The notes under the pieces are model-generated. The model did no database searches. It saw only the letters and a list, made by a program, of their open reading frames with translations, and was not told where the DNA came from. 64,000 nt of DNA, from the NCBI GenBank assembly GCA_964432155.1, contig CAYSMF010000009.1, positions 4,106 through 68,105 of the forward strand. The letters are read 5' to 3'. This document shows positions 39,129 through 48,443 of this stretch, piece by piece; position 1 is the first letter of the stretch; every line of letters starts with the position of its first letter. Origin of the DNA: an uncultured Melioribacter sp. (GTDB lineage Bacteria; Bacteroidota; Ignavibacteria; Kapaibacteriales; Kapaibacteriaceae). A program made the translations under genes and the position numbers.

Positions 39129-40184
39129 TCATTCTCTGACGATTTGCTGATCATCGTAACATGCGCGTCGGCGAAAGCGTTCCATATCCAGCTGAAGAAA
39201 GTCTGCTACGGTCCCTGCAAACAACTGCTGTTTTATAGCATCAGATAGGTCTGGCATCTCGTCAATAAACTTCCCGTGCTCAAGGTCGCCCAGTGGGAAT
39301 GGATAGTCGGTGCCGTACGCGATTTTCTCCGGCCCCATCAATGCGATCAGGTAGCGCAGGGCATCGGCATTGTGCGTAATGGAATCGACCCAGAACTTCG
39401 AGACGTATGTTGAAGGATCGGCGACGCCATTGACATTGCATAGGTCTGGGCGCGCGTGGTATCCATGAGAAATGCGGCCAACCGTGAACGGGAACGAACC
39501 ACCCGCGTGAGAAAACATCACGCGAAGCTGTGGGAACGCATCAAATACACCACCGAAGATCATCGACGTCATCGAGAGCGTTGTCTCAGCTGGCATGCCA
39601 ACGAGCCACTGTTGGAAGTAGCGCGATGTGCGTTCGGCGCCCATCATCTCCCAAGGGTGGACAAAGATGGCTGCGCCCATGTCTTGAGCAGCTTCCCAGA
39701 ACGGCCACAGCGATCGGTCGTCGAGATTCATTCCATTGATATTCGTTCCGATTTCCACGCCGGGCATGCCGAGTTCACGAACGCAACGCTCCATCTCGCG
39801 AATCGCCCGGTCGACATCCTGCATTGGCAAGGTGCCAAGTCCGATAAAGCGCTGGGGATGATCCTTGACCACCCCAGCGAGGTGGTCGTTCAGAAACCGA
39901 CACCAATCCTCGGTGTGCTCTGGCTTTGCCCAGTAGGAGAACAACACCGGAACTGTACACAGCACCATCGCGTCGATACCGTGGGCATCCATGTCGCGCA
40001 GAATGGCAAGTGGGTTCCAGCAGTTCTCATCGATGTCGCGGAAGAACACACCGTCGTCGCGCATCATCCGCGCCTTGCCTGGTGTGAAGTGATCCAGCTC
40101 GATGAACCCGCCATAACCGTAGCGGTCCTTCAACGAGGGCCAGCGCTCCGGAAGAATGTGGGCATGACAATCAATCTTGATCAT
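39129..40184 (-). CDS. 2-amino-3-carboxymuconate-6-semialdehyde decarboxylase (ACMSD; amidohydrolase-2 family)
   Basis: ATG 40184 overlaps the upstream gene's stop (ATGA). Near-colinear identity blocks with animal ACMSD: MIKIDCHAHILP, RYGYGGF, ENCWNP, TVPVLFSYWAKPE, GLGTLPMQ, EMERCVRELGMPGVEIGT, FVHPWEM, WLVGMPAETT, FSHAGGSFPFTVGRISHG..RPDLC, GTDYPFPLGDLEHGKFIE. Confidence 0.88.
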   Translation of the reverse strand: MIKIDCHAHILPERWPSLKDRYGYGGFIELDHFTPGKARMMRDDGVFFRDIDENCWNPLAILRDMDAHGIDAMVLCTVPVLFSYWAKPEHTEDWCRFLNDHLAGVVKDHPQRFIGLGTLPMQDVDRAIREMERCVRELGMPGVEIGTNINGMNLDDRSLWPFWEAAQDMGAAIFVHPWEMMGAERTSRYFQQWLVGMPAETTLSMTSMIFGGVFDAFPQLRVMFSHAGGSFPFTVGRISHGYHARPDLCNVNGVADPSTYVSKFWVDSITHNADALRYLIALMGPEKIAYGTDYPFPLGDLEHGKFIDEMPDLSDAIKQQLFAGTVADFLQLDMERFRRRACYDDQQIVRE

Positions 40185-40711
40185 GCCGAGGCCTTTGCTG
40201 GCGCTTCCATGACCGTTCCGCACTTCGAACACGTGCAGTGCTCCTTGTTGCCATAGAAGCGCTCAAAGATTGGAGGGAGCTGACTGACGATGTTGGTCAA
40301 CGGCAGGAACTCCTCGTACAGCTTGTTGCCGCAGGATTCGCAGAACCACATAAAGGCATCGAGTTCATCGGGCAGGTGGCGCTTGCGCTCAATCACCAGA
40401 CCCACACTGTCGGCTGGACGCTGCGGGGAATGGGGCGTGCGAGGAGGGAGGAGGAAGATCTCTCCCTGCTTGATATGGATATCGCGCGGCTGTCCATCGT
40501 CGATAATCTTCACGACGATGTCGCCCTCGAGCTGATAGAAGAACTCCTCACCCTCATTATAGTGGTAGTCCTTGCGGTTGTTAGGTCCACCCACGACCAT
40601 GATGATGAATTCCGTGTTCTCATACACTTGGGCATTGCCGACAGGGGGCTTGAGCAGGTGGCGGTGTTCATCGATCCAGGCATGAAGATTGAAGGCGCTT
40701 TGGATAGGCAT
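40181..40711 (-). CDS. 3-hydroxyanthranilate 3,4-dioxygenase (HAAO; cupin) with C-terminal rubredoxin-like Cys4 site
   Basis: ATG start. Strong identity to eukaryotic/bacterial HAAO: PPVGNAQV..GGPNNRKDYHYNEGEEFFYQLEGD..RDIHIKQGEIFLLPPRTPHSPQRPADSVGLVIERKR. C-terminal CESCGN..CTCSKCG (CxxC..CxxC). Confidence 0.88.
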   Translation of the reverse strand: MPIQSAFNLHAWIDEHRHLLKPPVGNAQVYENTEFIIMVVGGPNNRKDYHYNEGEEFFYQLEGDIVVKIIDDGQPRDIHIKQGEIFLLPPRTPHSPQRPADSVGLVIERKRHLPDELDAFMWFCESCGNKLYEEFLPLTNIVSQLPPIFERFYGNKEHCTCSKCGTVMEAPAKASA

Positions 40712-40784
40712 GCGAAGCTCACTCAGACGTTAGGGTGGTACATTCGTAGTCACAAAAGTACATGAACCCCTGAAAGCAACACGC

Positions 40785-41576
40785 ATGGACCTCTCACTTG
40801 TAGGCCGCCGAGCGCTCGTTTGTGGCGCATCGCAAGGAATCGGCAAAGCCATCGCACTCGAACTCGCAGCCAATGGCGCATCGGTCACGGTTCTTGCTCG
40901 CACCCAGTCTGCCCTCGATGCAGTGGTCGCCGCTCTTCCCGCAACTGCTGATCAGCACCACTCCTCGATCGCTGTCGATATGACGGACGAAGTAGCGCTG
41001 TTAACAGCTGTGCATAACACTGTGGATAGTGGTGGCGCTTTCCACATTCTTGTGAATAACACTGCTGGTCCAGCTGGTAGTCCACTTGTGGATAGTCCTG
41101 TGGAAAGCCTGCGTAATGCCTTTGAACAACATATTCTTACGGCACATCAGCTGACTAAGATTCTTGTGCCTGGAATGACGGCATGTGGATACGGCCGCAT
41201 CATTAACATCGTATCCACATCTGTGAAGATCCCCATCGACGGTCTCGGTGTAAGCAACACCATCCGCGGAGCTATGGCCAGCTGGTCGAAGACCATGGCC
41301 AACGAATTGGCACCACGTGGGATCACCGTGAACAACGTTCTACCAGGTGCCACAGAGACTGATCGCCTGCAAGCCATCATCGAGCGGAACGCCCGTGTCA
41401 AGGGGCAATCAGAGGATGCCGTTCGGGCCCACATGGTGGCAGAGATTCCTGTCGGACGCTTCGCCCAACCGTCGGAAATCGCCAATGCCGTTGGCTTTTT
41501 GGCCTCGCCATCGGCCTCGTACATCACCGGCACCAGTATCATCGTCGACGGTGGTCGCACCCGCTCACTGACCTAA
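40785..41576 (+). CDS. Short-chain dehydrogenase/reductase (SDR) family oxidoreductase
   Basis: ATG start. Rossmann motif ALVCGASQGIGKAIA, NNTAG, catalytic Y-x3-K region. 263 aa. Divergent from HAAO with a 73-bp spacer. Confidence 0.75.
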   Translation: MDLSLVGRRALVCGASQGIGKAIALELAANGASVTVLARTQSALDAVVAALPATADQHHSSIAVDMTDEVALLTAVHNTVDSGGAFHILVNNTAGPAGSPLVDSPVESLRNAFEQHILTAHQLTKILVPGMTACGYGRIINIVSTSVKIPIDGLGVSNTIRGAMASWSKTMANELAPRGITVNNVLPGATETDRLQAIIERNARVKGQSEDAVRAHMVAEIPVGRFAQPSEIANAVGFLASPSASYITGTSIIVDGGRTRSLT

Positions 41577-41816
41577 CCCCAAGTACCTTTCCACTTCATG
41601 TGGATAACCTGTCAACAAACCCATGCATTTTCCATGGGCCAGGTATTGCTATTTGCTATCCCAACGACTACTTTTGTGGAGGTCGTAACTCCTTATCTAA
41701 TCAGGGATATCGAGGGTTTCCGAGGGACAAAACACCCGGTAAAACGGCCAAAGCATAGGGAAGTTAACCACATGTGTGAATAACCTCGAGGGGTTTTCCA
41801 CATTCGGAGCAGCAAC

Positions 41817-42608
41817 GTGGCGCGAAAGAATCGGGAAGCATCGGTGCAGCGAGGCGGCCGTAGGTCGTCTGGGCTTGTCATCACCATGCTAGCGCTAGTG
41901 TTCCTCGGGTTTATGGCGACGCAATGGTACGAGCGCCAACACATCGACACAGTAGAGATCGAGGGCGCGTCTGGCTTGAGCAAGGCTTCAGTACGCAGTA
42001 TCGTCGACACACTCGCAGCAAAGCCACACCGCGGTATCGTCCTTGCCGATGTACGTCTTGCACTTGAGTCGCTGCCGTACGTGCGCAGCGCATCGGTGTA
42101 CTTCAGCGGCGTGCGCGAACTCACAGTCGAGATTGAAGAGCGCATTCCTGTTGCGCATGTTGTGCACGCAGATGGTTCATTGCGCTACGTTGACGCCTCA
42201 GGCTCAGTGTTGCCGCATGTGACAGAGCGTACATCGCACAACGTTCCGGTATTGCAATCAACGGACGGATCGAGCCTGTCAGCATCCGACGTTCAGCGCG
42301 TGGTAGCGTTGCTCGTCACGGGATCGCGCGTGCTTGATCCAGTGTTGTACCAATCGATTTCCGAAGTACGGTTCAACCGCCGTCAGGGAACAGTCGAAGT
42401 GGTGACCGACGATACACGTTGGCGTCTTGGTGAAATGGATGCGGAGCGTGCTCGTGGTGCCTTTGCCGACATGAATGTGTTCTGGAAGGAGACATCGCAG
42501 CGCATTAACATGGCGACGATTTCTGAAGTTGATCTGCGGTGGAAGAATCAGATTGTTCTGCGCTATCACCAGACCGAGCGCGTTGTTGATGGGGGAGCGA
42601 CAGTATGA
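41817..42608 (+). CDS. ftsQ: Cell division protein FtsQ (POTRA domain)
   Basis: GTG start with GGAG 8 nt upstream. Cytoplasmic tail, TM (LVITMLALVFLGFMATQW), POTRA (IDTVEIEGASGLSKASVRSIV). Immediately followed by ftsA and ftsZ. Confidence 0.75.
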   Translation: MARKNREASVQRGGRRSSGLVITMLALVFLGFMATQWYERQHIDTVEIEGASGLSKASVRSIVDTLAAKPHRGIVLADVRLALESLPYVRSASVYFSGVRELTVEIEERIPVAHVVHADGSLRYVDASGSVLPHVTERTSHNVPVLQSTDGSSLSASDVQRVVALLVTGSRVLDPVLYQSISEVRFNRRQGTVEVVTDDTRWRLGEMDAERARGAFADMNVFWKETSQRINMATISEVDLRWKNQIVLRYHQTERVVDGGATV

Positions 42609-43900
42609 GCACTCCTGAAATCCACGTCGGACTCGACATCGGCACAACGAAGGTGTGTGCTGTTGTCACATCGTTCGATCCAACAAAGAATCGCGTCGAG
42701 ATCCTTGGCACTGGCACTGCAGAGTGCGACGGACTCAAGCGTGGTGTTGTTACGAACATCACAAAGACAGCAGAAGCGATTCGCGGTGCGATTGAGCGCG
42801 CTGAACAGCAAAGTGGATACGAGATTCGTCGTGTCGTCATCGGCGTGAGTGGTGAGCACATCGCAACATTCACAACGCGTGGCATTGTGACGACGCGTAC
42901 ATCGGAGATTTCAGCAGAAGATGTTCGACGTCTGCACGAAGAGCTCCGACAGGTGCACGTTACAGCAGATCGTCGAATCCTGCATGTGATTCCGCAAGAC
43001 TATATCATCGACGGACAGGATGGTATTTCTGATCCGCTCGGAATGAGCGGTCGTCGCTTAGAGGCAAACGCGCTCGTTATTACCGCGTCTGCATCAGCGG
43101 TGGAAAATGTCTATAAATGTGCTGAACGTGCTGGACTACATGTCGATGCCGTTGTTCTCCAGTCGATTGCGAGTGCAATGGCTGTGCTTGATGAAGCTGA
43201 GCGCGATGTAGGTGTTGCGCTTGTCGACATCGGTGGAGGAACGACGGATATCGCGATGTACAAGGACAATGTTCTGCGTGCTGTGAGTGTGATCGGCTTG
43301 GCCGGTCAGCGCGTGACCGATGACATCGTCACGGTTCTGGGTATTCGCAGCAATGATGCCGAAGAGATCAAGGTTGAGCATGGTCATGCGATCAGTGAGA
43401 GCATCCTGCGTGATGAGCACTTCCAAGTTCCTGGGGTCGGCGGTCGCCGTCCAACGGAACTGTCGAAGTCGATTCTCTGTCAGGTGATCGAGCCACGCAT
43501 GGAAGAGATCTTCGAGTTCGTGATGCAACGCATTCACGACTCAGGTCTTTCACACCAGCTTGCCGCAGGGATTGTGATCACGGGAGGTGGAGCGGATCTA
43601 CGTGGTTGTGACATGCTCGCACAACGTACCTTCCGTCTTCCTGTGAACAAGGGTTTGCCACGTGGCTTCAGTCACGACGGACTCGCTCGTGAGGTAACAA
43701 CACCAGCGCACGCAACAGCCGTGGGCTTGGCGATGTACAGCATCGAGCATGAAGATGAATTTCAACAGGTGTTCAGCGACCAACCGGTTGCTGCCGCACT
43801 TCCTCAACAACCGACAGCAGCTACCGTTCAGCAGCCTGAAGAAGCACCGCGCAAGCGTGGGCTCCTTCAGGGTGTTAAGGAATGGTTCGAAAACTTGTAA
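42605..43900 (+). CDS. ftsA: Cell division protein FtsA
   Basis: ATG overlaps the ftsQ stop. Actin-like ATPase N-terminus IHVGLDIGTTKVCAVV. 431 aa. Confidence 0.92.
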   Translation: MSTPEIHVGLDIGTTKVCAVVTSFDPTKNRVEILGTGTAECDGLKRGVVTNITKTAEAIRGAIERAEQQSGYEIRRVVIGVSGEHIATFTTRGIVTTRTSEISAEDVRRLHEELRQVHVTADRRILHVIPQDYIIDGQDGISDPLGMSGRRLEANALVITASASAVENVYKCAERAGLHVDAVVLQSIASAMAVLDEAERDVGVALVDIGGGTTDIAMYKDNVLRAVSVIGLAGQRVTDDIVTVLGIRSNDAEEIKVEHGHAISESILRDEHFQVPGVGGRRPTELSKSILCQVIEPRMEEIFEFVMQRIHDSGLSHQLAAGIVITGGGADLRGCDMLAQRTFRLPVNKGLPRGFSHDGLAREVTTPAHATAVGLAMYSIEHEDEFQQVFSDQPVAAALPQQPTAATVQQPEEAPRKRGLLQGVKEWFENL

Positions 43901-43941
43901 CTCATGCTTTTACACACCATGACCACATTCCGGGGGGAATA

Positions 43942-45270
43942 ATGGCCATCGAGTTGGATACAACTGGATTTACGACTGACGCACGCATTCGTGTTGTCGG
44001 CGTAGGCGGCGGCGGCGGGAACGCAGTGCGAACGATGATCGCGCGCGGGCTCGACGGCGTGGAGTTCATTGCAGCGAACACCGACCGCCAGGCATTGTTG
44101 AATAACCCAGCTGGCATCAAGCTTCAGTTGGGTAAGGACGTCACACGTGGACTCGGCGCAGGGGCTGATCCGACGCGCGGACGTGCCGCTGTCGAGGAGA
44201 GCATCGACGAAGTGTACGATGCGCTCCAGGGTAGCGACATGATCTTTGTGACTGCAGGCATGGGCGGCGGAACGGGAACCGGAGCAGCACCGGTGATCGC
44301 TCGCGTTGGCCGTGAAATCGGTGCGCTTGTCGTCGGTATCGTCACAAAGCCATTCGCATACGAATCAAAGCGTCGCGCGAATGTTGCCGAGAACGGTATC
44401 AAGGATTTGCGCGAACATGTCGATGCATTGATCGTGATCCCGAATCAACGCATCCTGACCGTTGTCGATAAGAACGTAACGTTCGCAAACGCACTCGCGA
44501 TGGTCGATACGGTGCTCTACAATGCAACGAAGGGTATCGCCGACATCATCTCTGGTGTTGGTTATGTGAACGTCGACTTTGCTGATGTGCGCACCGTCAT
44601 GAGCGGCATGGGCGATGCACTGATGGGTATCGGCACAGCATCCGGTGAACATCGTGCGATCGAAGCTGCACAGAATGCGCTGAACTCCCCGATCCTCGAA
44701 GGCATGTCGATCTACGGCGCGCAAGGTTTGCTTGTGAACATCACGGGCGGACAGAGCATGACGATGTTCGAAGTGAGCGAGGCCGTGTCGGCAATTGAGA
44801 AGGCAGCTGGCGACGAAGTCAATCTGATTCACGGCGTTGTCGTCGACGAATCGATGGACGATGAAATGTCGATCACTGTTGTCGCTACAGGATTCCGCCG
44901 TCAAGAAGAGAAGAAGGTTGTTCCGGTATCGGCTCCTCTTGCATCAACGCCGGTGATCGAGATTGTACGTCCTACGCCTGAGCCTGAAGCTGAACTCACG
45001 ATGAGCACGCCAGCTCCAGCGCCAATCGCGCAGCCAAGTTCTGATGTTGATGTACACGATGTCAACGTTCCAGCATACCTGCGCCGTCAGCGCGATCAAG
45101 AACGTTCACAAGCAGGCATGCCACGTCAAGAGCCGCCAGTTACTGGTAGCGTTCCGATCGTGCCACCATCGTCAGCCTCAGATGCAGATATGAGCTTTGG
45201 TCAGCCTGTCCGTAAGGCTGCTGCAGCAGGCGGCAATCAGCCAGCCTTCTTGCGGAAGATCATGGACTAA
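43942..45270 (+). CDS. ftsZ: Cell division GTPase FtsZ
   Basis: ATG 43942 with GGGGGGAAT RBS (the track start at 43882 lies inside ftsA). Tubulin signature GGGTGTG and VVGVGGGGGNAV. Pro/Ser-rich C-terminal linker and conserved C-terminal peptide. Confidence 0.95.
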   Translation: MAIELDTTGFTTDARIRVVGVGGGGGNAVRTMIARGLDGVEFIAANTDRQALLNNPAGIKLQLGKDVTRGLGAGADPTRGRAAVEESIDEVYDALQGSDMIFVTAGMGGGTGTGAAPVIARVGREIGALVVGIVTKPFAYESKRRANVAENGIKDLREHVDALIVIPNQRILTVVDKNVTFANALAMVDTVLYNATKGIADIISGVGYVNVDFADVRTVMSGMGDALMGIGTASGEHRAIEAAQNALNSPILEGMSIYGAQGLLVNITGGQSMTMFEVSEAVSAIEKAAGDEVNLIHGVVVDESMDDEMSITVVATGFRRQEEKKVVPVSAPLASTPVIEIVRPTPEPEAELTMSTPAPAPIAQPSSDVDVHDVNVPAYLRRQRDQERSQAGMPRQEPPVTGSVPIVPPSSASDADMSFGQPVRKAAAAGGNQPAFLRKIMD

Positions 45271-45280
45271 GCACGAGTTA

Positions 45281-46582
45281 CTATTCGACTGTATCTAAAG
45301 GCCGTTGCGATTCCGCAACGGCCTTTTTCGTATCCACACGTATGAGCACAAGAATGCCGATGATCAGCATGATGAGCAGCGACAGAATAGCCCATCGATA
45401 GCTATGCGTGTAGCTTAGTGTGATGCCAAACAGCAGTGGACCGATCCACGATGTGCCTTTATCACTGAGCTCGTAGAATGAGAAGTACTCTGCTTCACTA
45501 CCAGTTGGGATCATCGTTGAAAACAATGATCGACTCAGTGCTTGTGTGCCGCCAAGCACAAGGGCAATACAGCCAGCTAGAATCAAGAACTGCGTTGCAC
45601 TCTGGACCCAGAAGAACGACGCGAGGATCACGGCGATCCATCCAAGCAGCGAAAGCGTGAGTGCAGCCTTCGTCGTTGTACGCCGCGCGAGTTCCGCAAA
45701 TGCAAGCGATCCACCAATGGCTACCACTTGCACAAGAAGCACAGCCTGCGTCAGCACATCAAGTCCGAGTCCAAGCTCAATGCTACCGAACACCGATGCC
45801 TGCGAGATCACCGTCTGCACAGCTTCGTTGAAGGCCACATAGGCGATGATGAACCGCGCAGTGTGTGGCGCACGCATGGCGTGACGAAATGTTGACCACG
45901 CTTGGGTAAAGGGGCTTCGAAGGGTTGATGATGAAGGGTGTGCTGTAGGCACGGGGTCGCGCAAGAGGAACAATGGTACCAGCGTCCAAACCGCCCACCA
46001 CAGTCCGACACTCACAAGGATGCTACGCACGGTGCTCGATTCGGGTGCTGCAGTATACCACACGAGATGCACTGCCAGCAGGATTGCACCGCCGAGATAT
46101 CCCAGTGCCCATCCGCGCGACGACACAGCATCGCGTTCAGGAAGCGTCGAGATATCGTTAAGGAATGCATTTGCAACAACGACGCTTGCTCCGAAAAACA
46201 CGTTCGCGACAACGAAGAGGAGTCCTCCCAGCATGTAGTTGCCGGCCTCTGGTGTGCAGGCGAACAAGCTCATCGTTGCCGACGCACCACACGCCGTGGT
46301 GAGTGCAAGCATGAGGCGCTTGCGATGTGATCGATCGACGAGTGCGCCAATGATAGGCAGCACGACCACTTGCAGCAGAACACTCAACGAAATGCAGAAG
46401 GAGAACCAGCTCCCCACGTGCATGTGCACACCGAATGGCGCGATCACGCCATCGACCGCTGTGGTTGTTGCAACCGATGTGAGGTACGGACCCAAGAACA
46501 CCGTAACGACTGACGTGGAGAACGCACTGTTCGCCCAGTCGATGGTGTACCACCCAGCCCGCTGAAGTCGCAAAGAATGCAT
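45281..46582 (-). CDS. MFS transporter (Atg22/UMF1-like)
   Basis: ATG start. 12 predicted TM helices. N-terminal WYTIDWANSAF.. typical of the Atg22-like MFS subfamily. 433 aa. Confidence 0.75.
   Translation of the reverse strand: MHSLRLQRAGWYTIDWANSAFSTSVVTVFLGPYLTSVATTTAVDGVIAPFGVHMHVGSWFSFCISLSVLLQVVVLPIIGALVDRSHRKRLMLALTTACGASATMSLFACTPEAGNYMLGGLLFVVANVFFGASVVVANAFLNDISTLPERDAVSSRGWALGYLGGAILLAVHLVWYTAAPESSTVRSILVSVGLWWAVWTLVPLFLLRDPVPTAHPSSSTLRSPFTQAWSTFRHAMRAPHTARFIIAYVAFNEAVQTVISQASVFGSIELGLGLDVLTQAVLLVQVVAIGGSLAFAELARRTTTKAALTLSLLGWIAVILASFFWVQSATQFLILAGCIALVLGGTQALSRSLFSTMIPTGSEAEYFSFYELSDKGTSWIGPLLFGITLSYTHSYRWAILSLLIMLIIGILVLIRVDTKKAVAESQRPLDTVE
45297..45328 (+). terminator. Rho-independent terminator after ftsZ (lies inside the 3' coding end of the convergent MFS gene)
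   Basis: aaaGGCCGTTGCGattcCGCAACGGCCttttt : 10-bp stem plus T5. Confidence 0.6.
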
Positions 46583-46659
46583 ACGGCGAAGATACGCGAG
46601 TGCATGTTCGTTGCACGACCCGTACTTTTGTAGTCAATTGTTTTATGCGGAGTACACCA

Positions 46660-47601
46660 ATGAAGGTGCTAGGTCCTACGTCGAACTTTCTGGCCATCGA
46701 AAAGCGATATTCGGCACTTGAAACGTCGAAGGTTGCTATCGTGTCGGCCCCCTACGAGCACACCGTAAGCTATGGTGGCGGCACCAAGCACGGACCGAAA
46801 GGTGTGATTGATGCAAGTGCATACGTTGAGTTTTACGACGATGAAACACAACGCGAGCTTTGCTTCGATGTAGGAATTGCGACGCTCAAGCCCCTTGCCT
46901 TTGGGAAGAAAACCGATCGTGCTGCACTTGATATGATTGAGCAGCAGGTGGACGACTTGCTCGAGATGGGCAAGTTCGTGGTGACGATAGGGGGCGAGCA
47001 TACGATCTCGACAGCGCCGATTGCAGCGCACTATCGCATGTATCCATCGATGAGCATCCTGCACTTTGATGCACACTCAGATTTGCGTGATAGCTATCAG
47101 GGATCGAAGTACTCCCACGCCAGCTTCATGGCGCGCGTAGCGGAGTTCTTTCCACCAAAGCTCATCACGCAAGTTGGTATTCGTGCGCTCTGCAAGGAAG
47201 AAGCCGACTTCATCAAGAAGGAAGGCATCAACACCTTCTTTGCATCGGCGATTCGAAGGGGCTTGCACGGCGACGCATGGCAGAAGCGCGTTGTCGATAC
47301 GCTCGCCAAGGATGTCTACATTACCTTCGACGTTGATGCGTTCGATCCATCAATTATGCCTGCAACAGGCACACCGGAACCTGATGGGTTGTTCTACAGT
47401 GAAACGCTTGATGTGATTCGTGCAGTGGTAGCTTCTGGTCGACGTATCGTGGGTCTCGACGTCGTCGAGCTCGCGCCGGATGCACGCACGCCGCATGCCG
47501 ACCTCACCACGGCACGACTTCTGTATAAGATTCTGAACCTTGCAATGACGCCTGTGCAGAAGCGCACAGCGAAGACATCATCAACACGACGCCGATCATG
47601 A
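46660..47601 (+). CDS. speB: Agmatinase / arginase-family ureohydrolase
   Basis: ATG 46660 (MKVLG..). Arginase-fold metal-binding motifs (GGEHTIS, HFDAHSDL, SFDVDAFDP). Confidence 0.75.
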   Translation: MKVLGPTSNFLAIEKRYSALETSKVAIVSAPYEHTVSYGGGTKHGPKGVIDASAYVEFYDDETQRELCFDVGIATLKPLAFGKKTDRAALDMIEQQVDDLLEMGKFVVTIGGEHTISTAPIAAHYRMYPSMSILHFDAHSDLRDSYQGSKYSHASFMARVAEFFPPKLITQVGIRALCKEEADFIKKEGINTFFASAIRRGLHGDAWQKRVVDTLAKDVYITFDVDAFDPSIMPATGTPEPDGLFYSETLDVIRAVVASGRRIVGLDVVELAPDARTPHADLTTARLLYKILNLAMTPVQKRTAKTSSTRRRS

Positions 47602-48443
47602 TACACGATCTCCAAGCAACAGTCGAGGAACTCTTTGCACTTCCTCCCCACGAAGTGTTGTACGACGAGCGCACGACACCAACATGCGCGACAATCCTCG
47701 ATGCGCTGAATGCAGGAACAATACGAGCTGCGTCTCGCAACGACGATGGATCGTGGATCGTGCATCCGTGGGTTAAGCAGGGGATTCTGCTTCTCTTCCG
47801 CGCTGGTCGACTCGAGGATATGTCGACAGATGAGAACTTCCGATTTTTCGATAAGGACACACTGCGTACGCGTGCATTTACACTTGACGACAAGGTGCGC
47901 ATCGTGCCCGGTGGTACAACGATTCGCAATGGGGCATTCCTTGCGCACGGTGTGATATGCATGCCGCCCGCATACGTGAACATTGGTGCGCATGTTGGTG
48001 AAGGTACCATGATCGATTCGCATGCACTCGTGGGAACATGCGCACAGATTGGTGCGCGCGTGCATATCAGTGCTGCCGCGCAAATCGGTGGAGTTCTTGA
48101 ACCCGCTGGTGCTCGCCCCGTGATCATCGAGGACGATGTAATGGTTGGTGGGAACTGCGGCGTCTATGAGGGCGTGGTTGTTCGTGCGCGCGCTGTTCTT
48201 GGGAGCGGTGTGGTACTCAATGCATCAACGCCAGTGTACGACCTGGTCAATGAGCGCATTCTTCGCAGCACTGATCAGCAACCACTGGAGATCCCCGAGG
48301 GTGCAGTGGTTATTGCCGGCAGTAGGGCAGTGACATCTCCATTCGGCACGCAACATGGTCTGAGCATGAGCACACCGCTCATCGTGAAGTATCGCGATGA
48401 GAAGACCGATGCTCGTACGGCGTTAGAAGCTGCGCTTCGTTAA
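47598..48443 (+). CDS. dapD: 2,3,4,5-tetrahydropyridine-2,6-dicarboxylate N-succinyltransferase
   Basis: ATG overlaps the agmatinase stop. Left-handed beta-helix hexapeptide repeats (IGAHVGEGTMIDSHALVGTCAQIGARVHISAAAQIGGVLEP) and DapD N-domain. 281 aa. Confidence 0.85.
   Translation: MIHDLQATVEELFALPPHEVLYDERTTPTCATILDALNAGTIRAASRNDDGSWIVHPWVKQGILLLFRAGRLEDMSTDENFRFFDKDTLRTRAFTLDDKVRIVPGGTTIRNGAFLAHGVICMPPAYVNIGAHVGEGTMIDSHALVGTCAQIGARVHISAAAQIGGVLEPAGARPVIIEDDVMVGGNCGVYEGVVVRARAVLGSGVVLNASTPVYDLVNERILRSTDQQPLEIPEGAVVIAGSRAVTSPFGTQHGLSMSTPLIVKYRDEKTDARTALEAALR

Noticed and set aside
41598-41783. 61-aa ORF in the 240-bp spacer upstream of ftsQ.
   Set aside because: It has no RBS, odd composition and no homology signal. 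The spacer more plausibly holds ftsQAZ promoters.
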